Source: Paraglomus brasilianum
Taxonomy: Eukaryota
Direction: 5' to 3'
Length of the DNA: 64,000 nt
Assembly: GCA_910592345.1 (NCBI GenBank)
Contig: CAJVPI010000016.1
Location: 1-64,000 of the forward strand
Shown: positions 12,351 to 23,482 of the stretch, piece by piece
Layout: each line of letters opens with the position of its first letter
How positions within the stretch are numbered: position 1 is the first letter of the stretch
Program-made: the position numbers and the translations under genes
Notes under the pieces: model-generated
What the model saw: the letters and a program-made list of their open reading frames with translations, nothing else
What the model was told of the DNA's origin: nothing
Databases searched by the model: none

Positions 12351-15106
12351 TCTTTGGTATGTTTTGTTTTATGTTTCGGTCGGCAGGGGATGTATTTTTT
12401 TTCTGTCGAGTGTCTTGTGAAGAGTGCAGCAGTGAAACGTAAGTATTATATGGAATAAACGAATTTGTTTGATTTTATTATGTTCTATACCACAGAATGA
12501 TGCAATTTAAGTCTTGTTACTCCCTGGGTACATACGGTTAAGAGATCTAATTTATATGAAGCGTAAAGATGGGTTTATGGACCAGTCAGAGTTCTCGATT
12601 TTTCCTCCGAACCTTCATTCTAAGCCACTGGTGACGCAATAAAACTTTGACTGGAAACATTTTTGGTAAGAATGCAGAAGATCATGTAAGAAATAATGGC
12701 ATCACTGCATGCATTGAGACGCTGTAATTGTGTATATCTGATACTGACACTCGACAGTTTTCATGTTGGTCTTAACGGAACGCACGTGATACTTCGACCC
12801 GAAACGTTCGGAGTCCGTGCGTAAATTCATATGACGTCACAAAAGTGTCAAACACCTTATTTTCCTAGAATGCAGGTATTTGAACAACACCAAAAGCGTC
12901 GGAATCATTAGTCTTGTACTTTCCCGTTTTATTTTTAACTGTTACGAGAAAGCTCGTTCTATCACAAATCAGGATTTATGTTCCGTAGCTCAAGAAGTTT
13001 GCCAGAGAAGCCATCGTATGTGTTTAGGTCATATTATCTAATATTGACATGACAAAGCGCTACAGTTCAGGGCAAACAAGAAAAAGTGCCGAGGATAATT
13101 GCTTGCGGCACCAGTCAGAGGAATAACTCACTTTATGACTCAAGCGTTGGAAACATAGAGTACAGCTTTTATACAACTTGTTGATGTCGTCGGTCATGCC
13201 GAGTTTACGAGCGAGTATGGAAGTTGAAACAGCCCATAGGGAAAAAAACCAAGCGCGAAGCCGAGAACGTTAACCACTAGAGAAACATAAATGGCCAAAT
13301 CCTCAACCGAGCTTAAATTAGAAGTAATTCCGAAGAGACCAAGCTGCAAACCCTAGAGTTCAGCAACACGCATGACGCGCTCTTATATTGATTTTCTCAT
13401 CAACAACTATTTCTCCAACTACGAGCACCTATTTTGAAGTTCCTAATTAATACTAGAGGTTATAAGTTTATGATACAAAGAAATATTACCATTGCAACTA
13501 AAGAGCTTTGAGAACTTTTTCACAGGTATTTATATTCTTCATAAACGCGCTGAACGGCTTACTTGCATGTTCAAAATTTTCGATATAATACAATTGCATT
13601 GTGCTTCCGACAAATTCGTTGTTTGCGCGATTACTGTATGAAGAATAACTACCCGTTACACGTTTGTCTACTGAAGTTTCATTATCACGTAAACCAACGA
13701 CATCAGAATGCACGTGCATAGCTATATTAACTGGTCGCGTAATAATACGCAGAAATTATTCCCGAATTTGATGATCCCGCACATAACAGAATAACACAGA
13801 GGGCACGTTTACACATAACGGCTTAGTTGATATCGACAAAATATACAGACTGTCATACTATTACTATGGTTAGTACTAATGCGGTTCGTCGCAAAATTTA
13901 AGAGCGGGCGTGCAATTGACCTCACAATTTTTATATAACGAAATTAATTCTAATAGATCAGGAATACAGAATAACACAGAGGTTTGGATGTGTCTCTTGT
14001 ACAGTTAGGTAGTATTAGTGTGCGCACAACATATCCAAGAACGTGATATAATGATAAGACAAGACTGAAGTAAAAATGCCAATTCATAATTCCGATCTGA
14101 CATACACAGCTCTCCGTGTATGTGTTAAATTCTCAAATGGAAATCTCATATGGGTGTGCGATGCAGTGCGAGTTTTCGTTAATGAAAACATAAGGAATAT
14201 CCATCAACATCATATAAGCAACTTTAGAGGTCCACCTTAGTTGCGTCTAACATCATAGAATAAGATGGATGATTTAATTAATATTCTCACCACCTATTAC
14301 TATACTTACTCTGTTGGGGAAAGAACATCGAGACCATATCGATCGCGACATATAGAAACTTCCTATACACCGTCTCATGTTTGAGGTCTATCGCAAATGA
14401 ATCATATTGAAACTTACCAGATTATTGGAGAATACTAATCAGTGCATATATTTGCAGAAAACTGACCTTTGGCCAAGCTTTTCTGCTTTCCAACAAAATG
14501 GGGGTGGAACAATCTACAACACGTCGTGTACTGTAAAGCGCACGGCTCAAAAATACAGTACTTGGTTGTACTTGTGGTTGTTATTAGTGTTAGTACGTCT
14601 GATCATTTCGTATGCAAAAGAAAAAATAAAAAGTAAAGAGATTACGCGTTGTAGTTACAGTGCGGGACAAAAAATTCCGTAATTACTAAATTACATGATA
14701 AAATAAAGTCACTTTAAGATAAAATCACTCTAAGATAAAGAATTTTCCCGCCCCGAATTTTTTATATTAAAAATATCTCCATAATATAAATTTTATTATA
14801 AAACCTCGATAAAACTGTAAGATAAAAAGAATTCTCTCACGCTTATAACAAGCGGACCTGGCTGGATTCCATTTATCGATAGTTGAGTTGTTTTCGAGAT
14901 AAGAGTTAGAAATTTATTTATTTAGTTGTTTTTAAGTCATCAAGACCAGATGCAAAAAGCATGCTGAAAACTGCTCGGGGAGCGGCCGTATTTAAGCGTT
15001 TTGAGAACTAATTTCTATACTCCGCAGCTAATTAATATCCAATAAAATATATTAATATATGATTAAATTTGTGCTACAAGTGTTAGAAATTCCGAAATTC
15101 GAAATA

Positions 15107-15743
15107 CACTCATACCCCGTTTATATCCCCCCTTCCGTTTAGCCCAAAAGTGGGGATATAAGCGGGGGGATATAGGTGATAATGGATCTTTTCTCCTTTT
15201 CTTTATCTTTATCATCATCACTACTTATACTTGGAAGACATTCTAATATCAAAGAATCAATCTCATGTAAATAACTATCGCGAGGGACAACATTCTATGT
15301 AAATGTCAAACAAATAACACTAAATAACGCGAAAATAACTATTACACTGCCTAACGTCCATCGCATTACAAATAACACGTAAATAATTGCATGCAGTCTT
15401 TTTTAGAAATTGGTGTAACTTAGGGTATATAAACGGGTTCGGATTATTATATTCAACTATAGTTATTATATTCGGTTATAAGAATTTTGGGGATAGGGAT
15501 ATATCTGAGATTGGATTTAACTGGCACAAAAAGAGGATGGCTAAAGCAGAGTAGAACGTGACCTGATTCTTGCAATTACATTGGTCAAATTTGTATATCA
15601 ACCAATGAAATTGTAAAAAAACTACTCCGCTTTAGCCTCACCCCCACAAAAAGGAACATTCGTTTTTAGAAAGCCATTTGTTTTTACAAAATTTGGGGAC
15701 ATAACCGGGGGAGGGATATAACCGGGTAGGGATATAAATAGTG
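15107..15743. mobile_element. Degenerate non-autonomous Tc1/mariner-like element
   Basis: TA|CACTCATACCCCGTTTATATCCCCC at the left and GGGATATAAATAGTG|TA at the right (partly deleted TIR). Internal GGGGATATA repeats resemble those at 765-932. Confidence 0.5.
15533..15644. mobile_element. 112-bp MITE nested in the preceding element
   Basis: Imperfect TIRs GGCTAAAGCAGAGTAG / CTACTCCGCTTTAGCC, flanked by an 8-bp direct repeat CACAAAAA (15525-15532, 15645-15652). Confidence 0.6.
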
Positions 15744-15937
15744 TACTCATCCTTTGTGCTATTCTAATTTCGGTAGCGCAAAGTCACATGAACATTTTAG
15801 CGTTTACAAGTAACCCAATATTTCCACCAATAGTAGCAATTTATGTTGACGCCGCAGTATGCCATATAATCCTCGATAAAGTAAAACCTCTATAGCTTAT
15901 TATTATGTAAGTTCAAAAACGCGCATATATTCTCCTA

Positions 15938-16416
15938 TGGACGACAGCACAAACGGGAAAACAGCTATTACAGTTATTTGAACAACTGAAGGAGATCAAG
16001 ACAGTTTTGAAACGTCATATTCGTCTCAGTTTACAGAGCCAGGTCAATGATTCATTCAGGAGGTAAAAAGCTGTCTATTTTAATAGATTGTATTGCTCCT
16101 TTTTAATATCATCTTACATCATTAGCGGACAGAACGGCAAACGAGAGACATTCTTGCCTCCAGCCTGGTGACGAATATTTTGAACAGAGCTATTGATGAT
16201 GTAACTATTCTCTTCATGGAGAGCAATTGATTCAGTGAAATAAAGTGCTGTAATGTTTCTCAGTTGGATTATGGCCATCAGAGGTACAGAGGGACGAAGA
16301 ACCGATTGAGATGGTCAGGCCTAAAGGCGCTGTCTTCTTGGCAAGGTGAGGAAGATTCAATGCCTTATTCATTAACAGAAACAGTCTGCAAAGATCTGCC
16401 TCAGCAACGCCCATAG
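15938..16416 (+). pseudogene. Possible decayed gene fragment of unknown family
   Basis: Coding-like composition (QLLQLFEQLKEIKTVLKRH...; RDILASSLVTNILNRAIDD...) with an apparent GT-AG intron at about 16063-16125 and internal stops. No family recognised. Confidence 0.25.
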
Positions 16417-17245
16417 CGTGTCCCAGTGCCACGGCACACTACCTCCTAATGTCAACTCGAATTCTTAAATTTTATAATAAAGACACAAAGCTACCCATAT
16501 TCGATAAAATAATTTCGCTGCTCAATTTTGAGACATTTTTTATCATGGCTAGTGTGTTAAGAAATATATGGGTATGTGCAAGAAAGTTATACTTATCTAA
16601 TTTACCATCAATTAACCAAGAAACTGATACAAGCTAAAAAAATCAATTACGTTTTAATCGATTACATTTGAATCTATAATACATTCATGAAACGGGAAAT
16701 ATCAGAAATTACGTTTAACATAGCATTATGTAACCTTGTCAAGTCATTTCTAGTGTACATACAAAACTCCAACCGGGCTGCCAACAGCTATAACAAATTA
16801 GAAATTTTCTCTAGCTAAGCGTTTGTCTCTGGCTAAACCGATAATAACCCCTTGGCAAATCAGTAAGTAGTTTTTTGTAATCTTGTGCGACTTTATTGAA
16901 GTAATAGTAATACAGATTTATCAAATTTCCAATTAAGCGCCCTGCCCCCTACGCAAGTTTCCTATTTTTAGGAATGATTGTTCGCGATTCCTGTTACATT
17001 TTAGGCTCGAGCATTTATATTATTATTTCGTCATTTACATAAAATTAACAAAACCGCACAGCAGTTTAACAGCAGTCATCTAAGAAAACAATAATTGCAA
17101 GAGTAAACTGTACAATAAAAAGTATACAGTAACCAAACAGCAAATTCCTCCCAAGACATACAGAAACATTATCATTAAAGAAAAGAAAGAAAGAAAACAA
17201 AACCAACTAATAATTAAATTAATAAATTATTTAAGTAAAATTGTT

Positions 17246-18385
17246 TCAGACGACGCAAGCGTCAACAAATGGTTGTTTGACATAATAATTCGAATATGTC
17301 CAAGCCTTTGCCCTGATCAAAAATGTCCCGTTGTCGATCCTAATCACCGCTTCCTCAAAATACAATGGTTTTCCTCTGGTTGTCACCCCAAAATATGCAG
17401 ACAGATCGTTATAATCATAGTATTCACGACCGTCAATGACGATACACGCATCTTTGAGAAATGGAAGTTTTAATGAAGGCGAGAAGGTAAGTGATGAGTC
17501 CGAAGAACGAAATTGAGATGTCAAATCGCGGAAAGTCGATTCATCAGACGAATCTTTGAAAGTAAAGGATTCGAACTTTATCCCTTTAGTCTGGTTGACA
17601 GTAACCGTGGCCAGGGCGTCGCGGGCATGGATTTCGAGATGATAAGTGTTCGGCGGACAAAGGGCTGATGAAGATGTTACACTTGTAGTAGTAGCAGTTG
17701 TAGTAGTTGTAGCTGTAGTTGTTGGAGTACCAGCAGTAGTAGTTGTTGTGTTTGTCGTGTTACCTGTCACATTAGTTTCATCCTCATCCTCATCCTCGCT
17801 CTCATGGCCGCTATCCGTTCCGCTCTGTTTAGCTTCAATTACCGGGCTAACATTATATACTAACTTCTCCTGATCCCATCGATCAATCTCGATATTTTTT
17901 AAATTAATCGCCACTATTGGCTCGGTCTCCGGTGCGTAGGTTCTAATTTGCCATGGGACCACTCTTTGTGGCCATCGTTCTTCATACGCCTGTTCCAATA
18001 GTCTTAGCAATCGTTCAAAACCATAGTACTTTACATCATCTATCAGATTATTCATTGCTATTTGGTCGTCTAAGGGCCAATTGACGTCATAACGTCGAAG
18101 GTATTGTACAATCATTGCAAAGTTATCAGGATCACGCTCGATGAAGATAGATGTCGTCTCTGATTCAGCAAAGTATCCGAAAAACGCGGCAGTAAAGAAA
18201 TTCGGAGCATCACGACGGAGTGATTCGGGCGAAATACAAAAGGAAGATTCGCCTATTTTAATATCATAGTATTGTGGCTGGTCGGCAAGTTGATGAGCAT
18301 GAGGGGGAGTACGAGGAGGATAATTGCGGGAACGAGATTTTTTTGCTTTCTTTGAATTTGGGTTTTGGTTGTGACGATATGGCAT
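17246..18385 (-). CDS. Intronless BTB/POZ-domain protein (KCTD/fungal BTB-like), 379 aa
   Basis: Long ORF with motif IKIGESSFCISPESL...PNFFT..F........IFIERDP.NF..IVQYLR....DDVKYYGFERL, plus a Thr-rich and acidic insertion. Confidence 0.88.
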   Translation of the reverse strand: MPYRHNQNPNSKKAKKSRSRNYPPRTPPHAHQLADQPQYYDIKIGESSFCISPESLRRDAPNFFTAAFFGYFAESETTSIFIERDPDNFAMIVQYLRRYDVNWPLDDQIAMNNLIDDVKYYGFERLLRLLEQAYEERWPQRVVPWQIRTYAPETEPIVAINLKNIEIDRWDQEKLVYNVSPVIEAKQSGTDSGHESEDEDEDETNVTGNTTNTTTTTAGTPTTTATTTTTATTTSVTSSSALCPPNTYHLEIHARDALATVTVNQTKGIKFESFTFKDSSDESTFRDLTSQFRSSDSSLTFSPSLKLPFLKDACIVIDGREYYDYNDLSAYFGVTTRGKPLYFEEAVIRIDNGTFLIRAKAWTYSNYYVKQPFVDACVV

Positions 18386-21300
18386 TCCGTGGATGAAGAT
18401 ATATTATTAGTGCACGTGGGTTTATTGATGGTATGTGTGTTTCTTGGAGAGGTCTTTGCTGTTATGATTTATTTACCGTAAAAGTGTCATTCGTGTTTAA
18501 GTGATTGCCCTTATTTATATTTGTCTTCTGATGACGAATGTCCGCTCCACGATTCGCAAAATTTAAGTTGCATCAAGGTTAGTGATAATCATAAGACAAT
18601 AATAATAATGCAGGTGTTGATCAAGGCTAAATCGAGACTTCCGAACAGCTAAGTATAAATTTCTTGGAGTAAATGACCAAAAAGAGTTCTTTATTAGCAA
18701 TTTGCCGGCCGAACTGTTCACATGTATTGAGCATTGACATGTATTACACAGCCACAACGATTGTGCTTGCGGGAATTTGTATCAAAAGTATTCCGATTTT
18801 TTTTCGCGACATTTATCCTGGTTAGCTCCAGAAAACAATGCAAGGCGGAACCCTTTTTAGCAATATTAATCCAATTATATTAATAGTAAGACAGAATGCT
18901 TAGAAGCGCAAGCTGAAGAACTGTGATAAGCTGAACAAAAAAACTTACATTATTGTAAACAATTCTACCAACAATCTTGGGCTTTGTCAGTTATACTCTA
19001 AAAAGCGCCCAGCCCAAACAATAATACTTCTCCCCCCGTTTCTAACAAACCGAAGAACTTTTTAATTCCGTTAAATAATTCTTTTTCTAACGTTAGACGA
19101 ATACATAAAATCTGGGAAAAGCCCGTTTTACACTGTCATTAAAAATTTAAATAGTCATCTGAATAATGGAGAATCGAAGAGTTAACGATTCCAGAATATA
19201 CAAACTATTTAAATATTAATATTAATATTATCATCGATTAGATTTGTCTATCTTGTAAAGAAAAATTGTATGGTATGATTAAGAGAAAATTAGTAGGGCG
19301 GGAATAAAATTTCTTAAGCTCGGAGTCAGTGTGATCCTATTTGTTGAAATCGGATATTCTGAATTAAAGATGTTATTCTTCTGCTAACTTGCAACAATTT
19401 TCGCTCCCTATTTCTTTTGACACTTTATTCTTATTAAATGCAGGGGTGTGCTGTGGAACTGGGTCTCAATTGGGGGAATTTCCTTTTTACGCTTTTCTGT
19501 ATAAGGATTATATAATTAGGTGCAAACGAAATTACCTTCAAGCTTCGGCTTCATTAGACCAAATGACAGTTTATAGCACCTTCTGACCGATAACACACGG
19601 GAATAACTATCCATAATCAGAACAGATGCCATTCGGAGTGGTTAGGATATTGTCTATACGCCTTGCCGAACACAATGCATCGAAAATATGAAGAGAAAGT
19701 ATTCATATGATGAATTGAGGAGCTAGTGAGGGTGTTCAGCAAACTGTATCGTTTCCAAACTCGCACGTGTCTATGAGGAATGGCCATGATAGCAAAACAA
19801 GACCTCCACGGAATATATTGATGACATGGAAAATTCTTGGCGCGAATATGGTTATATTAGAGTCATCCGGGATTCGTACTTTTTCACATATAGAATTGGT
19901 TTATAGTTCATATCCTGATTCTCTCCGCACAATTCAAACTTATGGGGCAGATCGTCTCCCGATTATAGCAAGACATTTTACGGAGTCATGGGTAACTTGA
20001 TGCAAATCACACTTCAAGACCTTCTTATTATTATGTGCTAATAGCCGATCCTTCCCAACGTGAAAGTGCGATAACCTTATGTTGTTTGGTTAAACCATTG
20101 TCGGACATTGATGACGTTCTTATTTCCCCGCCTTCTACCAATTTGTTATTATGTATATCATATATAACCCATTTGCTAAAAGTTAATTTCGCCAACTTTG
20201 TAAAAATTATTGGCTGATAATAATAACTCTTTCATGAGCCAAGTGCATGCGATAAAAGCATGACGTTATTGTACCATTTTTATTCTGACTCATCCTTCTT
20301 TTCACATAAAAAAGGTAATATCTATCCTAAACACTTGATGGAAGAGCATCCGTCCTCTGCGATATGGCAATACCACATATGTTCTAATACCACTTGAAGT
20401 ACGCTAAGTCGGGCGAGGTTTCATGGGTTTCTGGTAGTTGCCTTTTTAAAAGGGAGAGCTGGTCAGCTGATAGTTTTTTAACTATGAGAGCTGACTATAT
20501 TTTGATCTGAATAAGGCAGTAATAACTTTTCCGATACCGGCCATTTATCAAGGCTATATTTTTTATTTTGGTGACTGGCGTAAAAGGGATTTTCTTCTTC
20601 CGGTAATAGCCAATTTTATAAACCCGCTTAGCTTAACGTTTGATTGGTCGGTCATTTCGGGATTATTATTATTATTGCAAGTAATACAGATATATGAGGC
20701 AAAGATGTATTCATTAATTTGAGAGCCAAGTGTTAGGAAAAAAGAAGAAGCTCTTTTCATGGAATTCTACGATCAAAGAATAAGTTAAACATGCTCGAGC
20801 TTTTTATTGCTCGTAATACTATCAGGTGACATATTCGGCTTCGTAAATAACCGAATACCCGGACACGTGAGCATGCATGTTTAGCCTGTTAGTATTCGCG
20901 TGTGTATGTTTCAAGTTTATTTCAAGACAGTTAATGTGATAAATACCTCCGATCATCAATTTGATCGGAAGGTATACAATCTGACAGTTAAACGAGACTA
21001 AAACTTTACAATATTTGATCTTTAATAGTGTGATACGAATGCTTTGATACTTGACATCAGTTTCAAATGCTAAATTCAGACATAATTCATATTTCGACAG
21101 TTGAAGACATTTGCCTCTACACTAACGATGACAGAAACATCGAGCCGAGCAAGTTGTCATATGAATAGATTGTCATAATGAAAATGTATGTGGAGGGGAT
21201 AGTGTAAAGAATCATGATGCAATTTAACGATGTAATATGGTATAACCATATTTCTTACAGGTTTGTGAAATGCTAGTTTGTCTTCAGTATTTTAACTATG

Positions 21301-21878
21301 GAACTGTATGAAGTAATTATTTGGTATAGATACTTATTCAAAGTGAGACTTTTGTCTGTTTATAATGAAGAATAAGCGTGAAAAGTCGGTTTGCTTTAAG
21401 CTAAAAAAGGACCTCACCGAACATGTAGACATATGTTGGTAAGAGTGTTTATGAACCTTAATTTCAGACAGCAATGAGAAATTGATGAGTTTAAATAATT
21501 ATTTCTGGAAAACTTACACAACTCTATTTTGTGAATTTCCTTTTGAATAAATTACCTAATTCTGTTGTTTAATTAATATCGATTGGTTGGTATCGAGTCT
21601 ATGGCAAACATTGTGTAGACGATTATAAAGTAGACCAAGACTTGTCTGTAAAAAAATAGGTGTTTTTTAAGCTTGAGAATTACATAGCTTTTCACAGGCT
21701 AATCATTGGAATCGAATAAGGCGTTAAGACTGCCCATAGGTACTATGTAGGCCACAATAATTTAACATTTCACAATTCTACTTGATAATATGTGATGATT
21801 ATTACTGTTGACAATGTCATTCAGAAGTCGTTTATATTAGTATTAGCCCAGCAATTCCGATACCGACTAACTAATGCA

Positions 21879-21941
21879 TCCATATGAGATTACATGTTTC
21901 ATACGCGTAGGCTCCATATAAGATTGCATGTTTTATGTGTG
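21879..21941 (+). repeat. Tandem imperfect 29-bp direct repeats (34-bp period) at the inferred element left end
   Basis: TCCATATGAGATTACATGTTTCATACGCG vs TCCATATAAGATTGCATGTTTTATGTGTG (23/29 identical). Confidence 0.75.
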
Positions 21942-22094
21942 TTTTCGGTTCCGCCATTCAAATACCGACATTATTCCTCAAACTCTTTAACCATTGCAAT
22001 ATTTACTCATTTGAAAATCAAAATCGTAAACACATAATCTCTCCCCTCAATGCTAACACCGCCGCCGCCGCCGCCGCCAAAACCACCACCAAAA

Positions 22095-22378
22095 AGGGTT
22101 CAAACAAAAGGAGGTCCTCAACTCCCCAACTTACGGGACACGAATCGGTTCAGGGCTCAATTGGAAACGCAGGACCCTTTTGGAACGAATATACTCTAAA
22201 GGAGTCGAAGAAGTGGTGTTACCTGAAAAGACCGCTTTGGATCCGAACTTGTAGAGTGGATCTTTAAAAAAAATGGGACACGGCTCGTGGTTCTCAGTTC
22301 AGAAGTTTATGCCAATGGAGAGCTCGCAAAAGACCTACTTGCAATCGTCACAGTGTTTGTGGTGCGACATAATGGACC
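22095..22378 (+). pseudogene. tnpA: IS607-family serine recombinase (TnpA) remnant
   Basis: Across frameshifts reads RV..KQKEVL...GHE..IGSGLNWKRRTLLERIYSKGVEEVV(V)T*KDRFGSELVEWIFKKNGTRLVVLSSEVYANGELAKDLLAIVTVFVVRHNG. This matches the IS607 resolvase motifs DIGSGLN.KR, V...DRL.RFG.EL and EL..DLL.I.TVF.AR..G. Confidence 0.88.
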
Positions 22379-23406
22379 GCAAATCGCAGGAGAAGAGAAG
22401 CCGCCAAAGAGGTTCAAGAAGGAAGCGAAGAAACCTTCAGCAGGCAAGGTACCAGTACAACGTATTTGCATTTATACCAACCAGCAGGAGCGGCTGAAAC
22501 TCAGAGGATGGATGGGAACAGCACGATGGACATACAATCGGTGCCTTACCGCGGTCGAAAAAGAAAGTTTCAAATGAGAAAAGAAGGATCTACGCGCACT
22601 ATGTCTCAACGCCAAAAACTTCAATGATACCAAACTTAAATGGGTCCTTGAAACGCCCTACGACATTCGTGATGAAGCAATGAATGACTTGCTTAAAGGG
22701 TATTCTTCTCGTGGGGAATATGTATTTCTTCCTAAAATCAAGTCAGCAGAACCTCTTCAACTTCCAAATAAGCTTGAATATGATAGCCGCCTTGTTATGA
22801 ATCGACTTGGGGAATATTATCTTTGTATACTCAGACCACTTAAAATACGCTAAAAACCAAGGCCCTATATCTCAAAAGGTATTGATCTAATTTTTTTATT
22901 ATATTATATATCTATTAAATTAAAACCATATACAGTCAAACCTCGATATAGTGAAGTCTTGATACAGTGAATTTCGCGCTATAGTAAAGAATTCCTCTGA
23001 TCCAAAAACAGCATTAGTATAAACTTTACTATATTGAAAATTTTCGATACAGTGAATTTTCGATATAGTGAAGAAAAATGCTCGCCCTGTTGACTTCACT
23101 ATATCAAGGTTTGACTGTATTTAATAATTTAATAGGAGGAATCAGGAGTAATTTCTCTGGATCCAAGTGTACGTACATGGTCACATTATCACTTTCAACA
23201 GCATTTGATCCATAAGGCACGTGAGCATCCGTAGTAATTTGTACAGAAGAATACACAAGTAAAACTTGTGGATCCTGCGGTCATATAAACAGCTTGGTGG
23301 ATCTAAGGTGTTTTGCTGTCCTCAATGTAAACAAAACCTTGATAGAGATATTAATGGTGCCCGCAATATTTTTCTTCGATATCTTACAAAAAAGGAGTCA
23401 GCTTAG
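22175..23406 (+). pseudogene. Fanzor2 (eukaryotic TnpB-like RNA-guided nuclease) pseudogene with one intron (22879-23135)
   Basis: HTH-like RICIYTNQQERLKLRGWMGTARWTYNRCL; WVLETPYDIRDEAMNDL; YDSRLVMNRLGEYYLCI; NQGP; RuvC-I ISLDPSVRT; WSHYHFQQHLIHKA; TEEYTSKTCGSCG...FCCPQC (zinc finger); RuvC-III DRDINGARNIFLR; stop at 23404-23406. Contains internal stops, frameshifts and two large deletions. Confidence 0.92.
22933..23117. mobile_element. 185-bp Tc1/mariner (pogo-like) MITE inside the Fanzor intron
   Basis: 26-bp TIRs CAGTCAAACCTYGATATAGTGAAGTC (1 mismatch), TA target duplication at 22931-2 and 23118-9, internal GATAYAGTGAA repeats. Confidence 0.93.
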
Positions 23407-23482
23407 GCTGACGCGGGGGCCTATTCCCTGACAGGACTTGTTATTCCTAATTTATTAGTAATGATAAGTTTTAATGTAGGCG
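23397..23482 (+). ncRNA. Putative Fanzor omega-RNA scaffold (5' extent uncertain)
   Basis: Hairpins GTCAGC-TTAG-GCTGAC, GGGG-GCCTAT-TCCC and ACTTGTTATT..CTAA-TTTA-TTAG..AATGATAAGT. Loop GCCTA is complementary to TAGGC at 23477-23481 (pseudoknot). Lies at the 3' end of the Fanzor gene. Confidence 0.6.

Larger units (their letters stand above)
21860..23482 (+). mobile_element. Decayed IS607-type Fanzor2 element (tnpA + Fanzor/tnpB + putative omega-RNA); ends approximate
   Basis: Linear order of left-end direct repeats, serine recombinase remnant, overlapping TnpB-like gene and 3' structured region matches IS607 architecture. Confidence 0.85.

Noticed and set aside
13786..13982. 17-bp direct repeat ACAGAATAACACAGAGG 180 bp apart
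   Set aside because: Only two copies and no regular spacers; not CRISPR-like, and no element structure evident.
14690..14890. Repeated TAAGATAAA/CGATAA motifs resembling a pogo-type MITE
   Set aside because: Could not define paired TIRs or a TSD.
20944..20974. Small hairpin TACCTCCGATCA...TGATCGGAAGGTA (Helitron-end candidate)
   Set aside because: No CTRR terminus at the expected distance and no other support.
22287..22577. ORF-track protein that appears to fuse the TnpA C-terminus to the Fanzor HTH
   Set aside because: Most simply a frameshift artefact of decay between two overlapping frames; it starts at GTG mid-domain and ends at a premature stop.
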